A stretch of 64,000 nucleotides of DNA, taken from positions 222,016-286,015 of the forward strand of contig PGXV01000005.1 in the NCBI GenBank assembly GCA_002839315.1, written 5' to 3'. Made by a program: the position numbers and the translations under genes. The DNA comes from Spirochaetae bacterium HGW-Spirochaetae-3 (GTDB taxonomy: Bacteria > Spirochaetota > Spirochaetia > Treponematales > UBA12059). Of this stretch, positions 29,472 through 36,167 are shown one piece after another. Position 1 is the first letter of the stretch. Each line of letters starts with the position of its first letter. The notes beneath the pieces are model-generated. The model saw nothing but the letters and a program-made list of their open reading frames with translations. It was not told where the DNA came from and made no database searches.

Positions 29472-31562
29472 ATGGCTTTCGAAATTTCGAAGATGCGCAA
29501 TATCGGTATCAGCGCCCACATCGACTCCGGCAAGACGACGCTGTCTGAACGTATCCTGTTCTATTGCAACAAGATACACTCGATCCACGAAGTCCGCGGC
29601 AAGGACGGCGTCGGCGCGACGATGGACTCGATGGAGCTGGAGCGCGAGCGCGGCATCACCATCGCGTCGGCCGCGACGAACGTCACCTGGAAGGACACGA
29701 CGGTCAACCTGATCGATACGCCCGGGCACGTCGACTTCACCATCGAGGTCGAGCGCTCGTTACGCGTGCTCGACGGCGCGGTGCTCGTGCTGTGCTCGGT
29801 CGGAGGCGTGCAGTCCCAGACGCTGACCGTCGACCGCCAGCTCAAGCGTTATCACGTGCCCCGCCTCGCGTTCATCAACAAGGCCGACCGCACGGGAGCC
29901 AATCCGTACCGCGTCAAGAACCAGATAGTCGAGAAGCTCGGCCTCAACGCCGCGTTCATAACCCTGCCGATCGGCCTCGAGGACAAGCTCGAGGGGCTCG
30001 TCGATCTCGTGCTGATGAAGGCCGTCTACTTCGACGGCGAGGGCGGCATCGACATACGCTACGCCGAGATCCCCGCGCACCTGCAGGCCGACGCGGCCAA
30101 GTACCGCGAGGAGCTGCTCGACTGCGCGGCCATGTTCTCCGACGAGCTGGCCGAGGCTTACCTGGAAGGCACCGAGACGCCCGAGATGATCAAGGCCGCC
30201 ATCCGCAAGGGTACCATCGCCCAGCAGTTCGTACCGGTATTCGTCGGTTCCGCCTATAAGAACAAGGGCGTCCAGCTGCTGCTCGACGGCGTCGTCGACT
30301 ACCTGCCGGATCCTACCGAGGTGAAGAATATCGCCCTCGACCTGGACAAGGGAGAGGAAGAGCACGTCGTCATCGCCGATCCCAAGCTCCCGACCGTCGC
30401 CCTCGGCTTCAAGCTCGAGGACGGCCAGTACGGCCAGCTGACCTACGTGCGCATCTACCAGGGCGAGATAAAGAAGGGTAGCGAGCTCTTCAATACCCGC
30501 TCCCGCAAGAAGTTCAAGGTCGGCCGTCTCGTGCGCATGCACGCCGCGACGATGGAAGACATCACCGAAGGCGGTCCCGGCGACATCGTCGCGCTGTTCG
30601 GCATCGAATGCGCCTCCGGCGATACGTTCTGCGAACCGTCCGTGAACTTCGCGATGACGTCGATGTTCGTACCCGACACGGTTATTTCGCTGGCCATCGA
30701 GCCGGCCGACAAGAAGAGCGCCGACCAGATGTCCAAGGCGCTCAACCGCTTCACGAAGGAAGACCCGACGTTCCAGACCTACGTCGATCCCGAGAGCAAC
30801 CAGACCATCATCAAGGGCATGGGCGAGCTGCACCTCGAGGTCTACATCGAGCGCATGCGCCGCGAGTACAAGTGCGAGGTGACGACCGGCATGCCGCAGG
30901 TCGCGTACCGCGAGGCCATCAGCCAGCGCGCCGACTTCAACTATACGCACAAGAAGCAGACCGGCGGTTCGGGCCAGTACGGCCGCGTCGCCGGCTACAT
31001 GGAGCCTATCGAGGGCGCCGTCTACGAGTTCGTCAATTCCGTCAAGGGCGGAGCCATCCCGAACGAATATATCCAGTCCTGCGACAAGGGCTTCAAGGAG
31101 GCCTCGAAGAAGGGCTCGCTTATCGGATTCCCCGTGGTGAACATCCGCTGCGTCATAAACGACGGAGCGAGCCACCCCGTCGACTCTTCCGATATCGCGT
31201 TCCAGCTGGCTTCGATAGGCTGTTTCCGCGAGGCATACGAGAAGGCCAAGCCGGTTATACTCGAGCCGATCATGAAGGTGGTCGCCGAGGGACCCGCGGA
31301 GTTTCAGGGCAATATCTACGCGTCCGTCAACCAGAGGCGCGGACTCATCACGGCCAGTACCGAAGAGGCCTCGTTCTGCCGCGTGGAGGCCGAGGTCCCG
31401 CTGTCCGAGATGTTCGGCTACTCGACGGTGCTGCGTTCGATGACCCAGGGCAAGGCCGAGTTCTCGATGGAATTCCTCAAGTACGGCAAGGTGCCGACGA
31501 GCGTATCCGAGCAGCTCCGCAAGGAGTTCGAGGAGAAGCGTCGCAAGGAACAGGGCCGCTAG
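29472..31562 (+). CDS. fusA: elongation factor G (stand-alone paralog, EF-G2-like context)
   Basis: ORF 29316..31562 trimmed to the ATG at 29472 (696 aa). G1 [10 protein letters not shown]3 DTPGHVDF, G4 NKADR, and full five-domain EF-G-like sequence. No rpsL/rpsG/tuf neighbours. Confidence 0.9.
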   Translation: MAFEISKMRNIGISAHIDSGKTTLSERILFYCNKIHSIHEVRGKDGVGATMDSMELERERGITIASAATNVTWKDTTVNLIDTPGHVDFTIEVERSLRVLDGAVLVLCSVGGVQSQTLTVDRQLKRYHVPRLAFINKADRTGANPYRVKNQIVEKLGLNAAFITLPIGLEDKLEGLVDLVLMKAVYFDGEGGIDIRYAEIPAHLQADAAKYREELLDCAAMFSDELAEAYLEGTETPEMIKAAIRKGTIAQQFVPVFVGSAYKNKGVQLLLDGVVDYLPDPTEVKNIALDLDKGEEEHVVIADPKLPTVALGFKLEDGQYGQLTYVRIYQGEIKKGSELFNTRSRKKFKVGRLVRMHAATMEDITEGGPGDIVALFGIECASGDTFCEPSVNFAMTSMFVPDTVISLAIEPADKKSADQMSKALNRFTKEDPTFQTYVDPESNQTIIKGMGELHLEVYIERMRREYKCEVTTGMPQVAYREAISQRADFNYTHKKQTGGSGQYGRVAGYMEPIEGAVYEFVNSVKGGAIPNEYIQSCDKGFKEASKKGSLIGFPVVNIRCVINDGASHPVDSSDIAFQLASIGCFREAYEKAKPVILEPIMKVVAEGPAEFQGNIYASVNQRRGLITASTEEASFCRVEAEVPLSEMFGYSTVLRSMTQGKAEFSMEFLKYGKVPTSVSEQLRKEFEEKRRKEQGR

Positions 31563-31576
31563 TCCTTTCCGTACAT

Positions 31577-31611
31577 GCAAACGGGCCGGTTCTCCGGTCC
31601 GTTTGCGTTTT
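31577..31611 (+). terminator. rho-independent terminator after the EF-G gene
   Basis: Stem GCAAACGG/CCGTTTGC with a 14-nt loop, followed by GTTTT. Confidence 0.7.
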
Positions 31612-31726
31612 ATGGGGAACGGTCGTATACTCGAATACGTGATACATTTGGCGCGGTCCACCGCGGCCGCGGCGGATCGGTATAATCAAACTAACGACTT
31701 CTCAAAAGACATCGTAAGGAGTTCCC

Positions 31727-32431
31727 ATGCTTAAAGAGGAGCTGATCAAGAAGAGTCCCGTTCGCGTCCTCGAGCGGGGTATCGAGGGCGGGCTCAAGGG
31801 CGGCAATATCGGCGTCATCGCTAGCCGGAAGGGAATCGGTAAGACGAGCGTGCTCGTCCAGCTGGCATTGGACAAGCTGATGCAGGGCAAGAAGGTCATT
31901 CACGTCTCGTTCACCACGCATACGAGCTACGTCATATCGTGGTACGAGAACATCTTTACGGAGCTCGCCAAGAAGAAGAACCTCGAGGATTACTCGAGCG
32001 TGCACGACGACCTTATGAAGAACCGCGTGATCATGAACTTCAACCAGGAAGGCGTGAGCACGGACCAGATACTCAAGTCCCTACGCGCGATGATCGTCGA
32101 CGGCGGATTCGACGCCGACGCGGTGATAGCCGACGGGTTCGACTTCGCGAGGGCCGACGCCGAGCACTTCGACAAGGTCAGCGCCTTCGCCAAGGAGATG
32201 AAGCTCGAGTTCTGGTATTCGTGCACGATGTCCGGCGAGGAGCCACTGCTCGACAAGAAGAACGTGCCCGTCATCCTGCGGCCGTTCCTCGACGATATCG
32301 CGGTCCTGATCGTGCTCGAGCCCAAGGCGGAGTACATACACTTCATCGTGGTCAAGGACCACGGGCGCATGAACCCCGAGGACCTGAACATCAAGCTGGA
32401 CGCGAAGACTCTCCTTATCGCCGAAGCCTAG
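31727..32431 (+). CDS. orphan KaiC/DnaB/RecA-superfamily ATPase-like protein
   Basis: 234 aa, AAGGAG RBS. DnaB/KaiC-style P-loop VIASRKGIGKTSV, and a Walker-B-like hydrophobic strand ending in Asp (DAVIADGFDF). GC visibly lower than its neighbours (55% in the first 60 nt). Confidence 0.55.
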   Translation: MLKEELIKKSPVRVLERGIEGGLKGGNIGVIASRKGIGKTSVLVQLALDKLMQGKKVIHVSFTTHTSYVISWYENIFTELAKKKNLEDYSSVHDDLMKNRVIMNFNQEGVSTDQILKSLRAMIVDGGFDADAVIADGFDFARADAEHFDKVSAFAKEMKLEFWYSCTMSGEEPLLDKKNVPVILRPFLDDIAVLIVLEPKAEYIHFIVVKDHGRMNPEDLNIKLDAKTLLIAEA

Positions 32432-32432
32432 T

Positions 32433-32554
32433 TTTCGCATATAGCGAGGCGTCTACTTCGTCGCGCCCCATTCCGTACCCCTCGACGTGCAATAGCACGC
32501 CGTCGAGGCCCGGAATGGGGCGCTTCTCGTATACATCCTCGCTATGCGCGAAAA
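32433..32554. repeat. long imperfect hairpin unit U1 (~122 nt)
   Basis: Nested stems. TTTTCGCATATAGCGAGG/CCTCGCTATGCGCGAAAA (imperfect). CCCCATTCCG/CGGAATGGGG (10 bp, perfect). CCTCGACG/CGTCGAGG (8 bp). Apex TGC-AATA-GCA. Confidence 0.8.
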
Positions 32555-32564
32555 CCCGTGTTGG

Positions 32565-32690
32565 GGAGGACATACCGAAGCGATCGCTTCGTCTCTCGGC
32601 CCCCCCGTGCCCCTCGACGTGCGATAGCACGCCGTCGTGGCCCGGGGGGCTTCGTTTCTCGCGCTCATCCCCGGTATGATCGAAAGCGCT
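32565..32690. repeat. long imperfect hairpin unit U2, a tandem copy of U1 offset by 132 bp
   Basis: The 37-nt apex block is 34/37 identical to U1. The middle stem is replaced by GCCCCCCCG/CGGGGGGC (compensatory). The outer stem includes CATACCG/CGGTATG. Confidence 0.75.
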
Positions 32691-32695
32691 TGTCT

Positions 32696-32750
32696 GGGGA
32701 GTAATCTGTGATCAGTGGAAGATACGCTATCTTGATAACAGATCACTTCT
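32696..32750. repeat. dispersed palindromic repeat, copy upstream of vapB
   Basis: TAATCTG-TGATCAG-TGGAAGATACGCTATCTTGATAACAGATCAC. Hairpin GTGATC..AAGATA-CGC-TATCTT..GAT(A)AC. Confidence 0.8.
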
Positions 32751-32802
32751 AACAATTGACATTTCATATCGATGCCACTACCGTAGTACATGGAGGCTAT
32801 CG

Positions 32803-33009
32803 ATGAACACTGTCGTCGTTTCAACAAAATACCAGGTAGTCATTCCGAAGGAAATCAGGGACGATATCGGTCTCAAGGCCGGGACGACCATGGAGATAAT
32901 CAATTACGGCAACCGCATCGAGCTGATTCCCCTGCAGCCGATGAAAAGCCTTAAGGGCGTTTTCAAGGGGATTGATACGAATATCGATCGAGACGCGGAT
33001 CGGCTATGA
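32803..33009 (+). CDS. vapB: AbrB/MazE/SpoVT-family antitoxin
   Basis: 68 aa, GGAGG RBS. The N-terminal KYQVVIPKEIRDDIGLKAGT swapped-hairpin motif is typical of AbrB-fold antitoxins. Its stop overlaps the vapC start. Confidence 0.8.
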   Translation: MNTVVVSTKYQVVIPKEIRDDIGLKAGTTMEIINYGNRIELIPLQPMKSLKGVFKGIDTNIDRDADRL

Positions 33010-33380
33010 ACGTCGTCGATTCCTCGTGCTGGCTGGAGTTCTTCTCGGGGAGCGCGGTCGGGGAAACGATCTCACCCTTCATCGAAGACATCGAGGGGCT
33101 ACTCGTTCCTTCTATAACGTTATACGAGGTGTTCAAGAAAATCCTCCAGGAGCTGGACGAGGACAAGGCTCTCTTCGCCGTCGCTCATATGAAGCAAGGA
33201 AGGGTCGTCGAGCTGGACGCCGATCTCGCGATATACGCGGCCAAGGTCGGCAAGGAATACCGGCTGGCGATGGCCGACAGCATCATCTACGCCGTAGCGC
33301 GAAAATTCGGCGCGACGCTGTGGACGCAGGACAAGCACTTCAAGGATCTGCCGAACGTGCGATATTTTAAGAAAGAGTAA
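33006..33380 (+). CDS. vapC: PIN-domain ribonuclease toxin
   Basis: 124 aa. N-terminal VVDSS acidic residue, the central acidic/Thr region, and C-terminal TQDKHF are typical of VapC PIN toxins. 4-nt overlap with vapB. Confidence 0.85.
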   Translation: MNVVDSSCWLEFFSGSAVGETISPFIEDIEGLLVPSITLYEVFKKILQELDEDKALFAVAHMKQGRVVELDADLAIYAAKVGKEYRLAMADSIIYAVARKFGATLWTQDKHFKDLPNVRYFKKE

Positions 33381-33426
33381 TCAGTAATCTGTGATCAGTG
33401 GAAGACACGCTATCTTGATCACGGAT
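33377..33426. repeat. dispersed palindromic repeat, copy immediately downstream of vapC
   Basis: TAATCAG-TAATCTG-TGATCAG-TGGAAGACACGCTATCTTGATCAC. 38/40 identical to the copy at 32700-32739. The first TAA is the vapC stop. Confidence 0.85.
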
Positions 33427-33428
33427 AC

Positions 33429-33481
33429 GTGTGAGTTATGTGTGTGAGTGTAGGATAGCGTGTCCTCACTCACACTCACAC
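33429..33481. repeat. second hairpin with the inverted core (TAGCGTG) and unrelated GTGTGAG-type arms
   Basis: GTGTGAGTTATGTGTGTGAGTGTAGGA-TAGCGTG-TCCTCACTCACACTCACAC. The apex is the reverse complement of the CACGCTA apex of the adjacent copy. Confidence 0.8.
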
Positions 33482-33491
33482 TTCTCCCCCG

Positions 33492-35189
33492 TTACAGCTT
33501 CCCGTCCTCCACGCCGTCCAGCCACGCCTCGATGGGCGCCACGATACGGGCTATGGTGCCGTCGACGAAGGGGTCGTGCAGGTTCGCTGAGGCGACCAGC
33601 CCGGTAAACGGCTTGCTGCCGCCCAGATCGCAGAGCCCCAGGTAATCGGACCAGGCTCTCTCCCTGTCGGTCATCGATTTTCCCCAGAACTCGAAGGCGC
33701 ACACCTGCGCGAGCGTATAGTCGATGTAGTAGAAGGGGTCCTCGAAGATGTGCCCCTGCCTGTACCAGAAGCCGCCTGAAGATAGGAACTCGTCGTCGCC
33801 GTAGTCGCGATGGGGCAGGTACTTCTTCTCGATCGATCTCCACTTCGCATTGCGCTCGGCGGGGCTGGCTCCGGGATACTCATAGACCCAGTGCTGGAAT
33901 TCATCGACTGAAACGCCGTAGGGGATGAACAGGAGGGCTCCGGAGAGGTGGGCGAACTTGTATTTATCGACATCGGCTCCGAAGAAATTCTTCATCCACG
34001 GCCAGGCGAAGAATTCCATGCTCATCGAGTGTATCTCGCAGGCCTCCAGGGTCGGCCAATGGTACTCGGGAAGCTCGAATGAGCGGCTACGGTAGCATTG
34101 GAACGCATGCCCGGCCTCATGGGTCAGGACGTCGACGTCGCCGGCGGTGCCGTTGAAGTTGGAGAAGATGAACGGCGCCCGCTCGGCAGGGACGTAGCTA
34201 CAGTAACCGCCCCCCGCCTTGCCCTTCCGGGTCTCCAGGTCCATGAGTCGGCGATCCAGCATGTAGCCGAAGAATTCTCCGGTTTCCGGCGACATCTCCT
34301 CGTACATCTTCCTGCCGTTTTCGATTATCCATCGCGGATCGCCCTTGGGCTTGGCGTTGCCGGTGAGGAATTCCAGCGATTCGTCGTGGAAAGAGAGCGC
34401 TTCGAGGCCGAGACGCGCGGCCTGGCGCTTCCTGAGCCTCTGCGATAGCGGGACTATCGATTCGTATACCTGCTCGCGGTACGCGGCGACCATGGCGGCG
34501 TCATAGTCCGAGCGACTGAGCCGGGCATAGGCGAGCGGTATGAAATTGGGGAAGCCCAGCTTGACGGCGATGCGGTTGCGAACGCTCACCAATTCGTCGA
34601 AGATACGGTCGAATTCCCCGGAGTTGGCCGCGTAGAAGCCGCTCACGGCCTTGTGCGCCCGTTCACGCGTCGACCTGTCGGCGGACTCGGTGAATGGCGT
34701 CATCTGGGAAAGATTGCGCTCTTCCCCCTCGAACATGATCCTCGCGCTCGCCTTGAGCTTGACGTATTCGCTGGCGAGCCTGTTCTCGGCCTGCAGGTCC
34801 TCGATGACCTCTGGCTTGCAGGTTTTCATCTGCATCTCTGCCAGGCGGAAGAGCTGGGCGCCCCAGCGTTCCTCGAGTTGCCCGCGGAAGGGCGACCTTA
34901 TCAAAGCCTGGTAGAAATCGCTCTTGAGGCCCTCGTAGACGGGGCGCATGCCGTCCATGTAGTCGTTCTCGGCCTCGTAGAACGCGTCTCCGGTGTCTAT
35001 GGTGTGCCTGATCTCGACGAGGGCGTTCATCGACTCGACGCGGTCGCGCAACCCGTTGACGCGCGTCATCACCTCGTCTTGTTCCTCCGCTGAAGCCGCC
35101 TTCGAGAAGGCCGCGATGAGGTCCTTGAACGCCGGTTCTATCTCCTCGAGGGCGGGGCGCGAATAGGTGAAATTATCGAATGTCGTCAT
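33492..35189 (-). CDS. pepF: oligoendopeptidase F family (M3B) metallopeptidase
   Basis: 565 aa, AAGGAG RBS. HEAGHAF zinc motif and M3B-like length and sequence. Confidence 0.85.
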   Translation of the reverse strand: MTTFDNFTYSRPALEEIEPAFKDLIAAFSKAASAEEQDEVMTRVNGLRDRVESMNALVEIRHTIDTGDAFYEAENDYMDGMRPVYEGLKSDFYQALIRSPFRGQLEERWGAQLFRLAEMQMKTCKPEVIEDLQAENRLASEYVKLKASARIMFEGEERNLSQMTPFTESADRSTRERAHKAVSGFYAANSGEFDRIFDELVSVRNRIAVKLGFPNFIPLAYARLSRSDYDAAMVAAYREQVYESIVPLSQRLRKRQAARLGLEALSFHDESLEFLTGNAKPKGDPRWIIENGRKMYEEMSPETGEFFGYMLDRRLMDLETRKGKAGGGYCSYVPAERAPFIFSNFNGTAGDVDVLTHEAGHAFQCYRSRSFELPEYHWPTLEACEIHSMSMEFFAWPWMKNFFGADVDKYKFAHLSGALLFIPYGVSVDEFQHWVYEYPGASPAERNAKWRSIEKKYLPHRDYGDDEFLSSGGFWYRQGHIFEDPFYYIDYTLAQVCAFEFWGKSMTDRERAWSDYLGLCDLGGSKPFTGLVASANLHDPFVDGTIARIVAPIEAWLDGVEDGKL

Positions 35190-35205
35190 GGGAGGCTCCT
35201 TGGAG

Positions 35206-35262
35206 AGAAGTAATCAGTAATCAGTAATCAGTGGAGGATACGCTATCTTGATCACAGATCGC
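35206..35262. repeat. dispersed palindromic repeat between pepF and pgl
   Basis: (TAATCAG)x3-TGGAGGATACGCTATCTTGATCACAGATC. The right arm contains the pgl stop codon (complement of 35252-35254). Confidence 0.85.
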
Positions 35263-35965
35263 TTTCCTTCACGAACGCTATCGCGGATTCCGCGGCCGCG
35301 AGTACGGCGGGGCTTGACCGGTCGCCCCCCGCGAGTCGACGTAACGCGTCCTCCTTGCCGGCCGAGCGTACGATGAAGCGGGTCCTCCGGGTGGAAGCGA
35401 GCGTCGATAGCGATAGGCTGACTCGTTCGCGCGGTTCCGATGGCGCGAGGCATGCGACGGCGACGGTGGCTCCGGCGACGGTTGTCTGGCCGGTGAATAT
35501 GCCTGCCGTATGCCCGTCGGGTCCGAGCCCGAGGTAGCACGCGTCGAAGAGGGGCTCTCCCGGTAGAACGCCGGGAGCGTTCCTGAGCCGTTCGACGAAC
35601 TCCGTCATGCGCTCGATCGCGGCGGCCCGGCCTGATTCGACGCTCCAGCCGACTATCTCGACGGCTCCGGCGGCGAGGGCCGCGGAGAAGGCGTCCCGTA
35701 TCATGGACTCGTTGCGATCCCCGGGGGAGCGGGGGCTCGACCGCTCGTCGCCGACGACCAGCCTCGCCGGTCCGTGCGGCGAGGCCGGGCGGGCGACCAG
35801 CGCCGCGGAGATGGCGCGGTACGCCGGCGTCGGCGTCGTGCCGCCCGCGAGGCAAAAGAGGGGGCTGCGACCCGCCGTATAGGCTGATTCCAGCGCGTCG
35901 ATGAAATCCTCGACGACGGCTCGCGTCCACGCTCCGGCGTCATCGAAGCCTCGCAATGCTATCAT
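35252..35965 (-). CDS. pgl: 6-phosphogluconolactonase
   Basis: ORF 35252..36001 (TTG start), trimmed to the ATG at 35965 (237 aa; start uncertain). CLAGGTTP, GDERSSP and LGLGPDGHTAGIF motifs of the Pgl/NagB family. Confidence 0.75.
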   Translation of the reverse strand: MIALRGFDDAGAWTRAVVEDFIDALESAYTAGRSPLFCLAGGTTPTPAYRAISAALVARPASPHGPARLVVGDERSSPRSPGDRNESMIRDAFSAALAAGAVEIVGWSVESGRAAAIERMTEFVERLRNAPGVLPGEPLFDACYLGLGPDGHTAGIFTGQTTVAGATVAVACLAPSEPRERVSLSLSTLASTRRTRFIVRSAGKEDALRRLAGGDRSSPAVLAAAESAIAFVKESDL

Positions 35966-36167
35966 GCGCTCGAGTATGACGAGGCATCTGCCCGAAAGCA
36001 AGGCCGGTTCTCTTCCCGTGCGTTTTTTCAGGAGCGACCTGCCTGACGGCTACAAATCCATAGGCGTTTCATGCTATCATGGTCAGGATACGTTTATTAT
36101 TTCATTCTTGGAGCTCGCCGGGCGCCTTTTCAGGGCGTCGGCTCAATTACCGCTATAAGGATCGACG

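Noticed and set aside
29760-31661. 633-aa minus-strand ORF opposite the EF-G gene.
   Set aside because: Antisense to an unmistakable EF-G coding sequence, with low-complexity Leu/Arg/Gly/Asp composition. Shadow ORF.
32433-32750. Possible CRISPR array.
   Set aside because: There are only two ~130-bp units plus an unrelated shorter palindrome. The units abut without unique spacers of regular length, the unit size is far above CRISPR repeat size, and no cas genes are in the window.
32415-32827. ORFs 32415..32630 and 32453..32827 (minus strand), plus the tail of 31939..32679 (plus strand), within the hairpin region. They show repeated peptide segments.
   Set aside because: The peptide repetition simply mirrors the tandem DNA units. 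There is no RBS, the composition is odd, and the region is better explained as structured non-coding repeats.
32433-33481. Integron cassette array with attC sites.
   Set aside because: It is attractive because a TA cassette is flanked by structured repeats. However, no intI gene or attI is in the window, I could not find the R'/R'' core sites (GTTRRRY/RYYYAAC), and the same repeat family is scattered across 50 kb rather than forming one array. It is kept only as a low-probability hypothesis in the findings.
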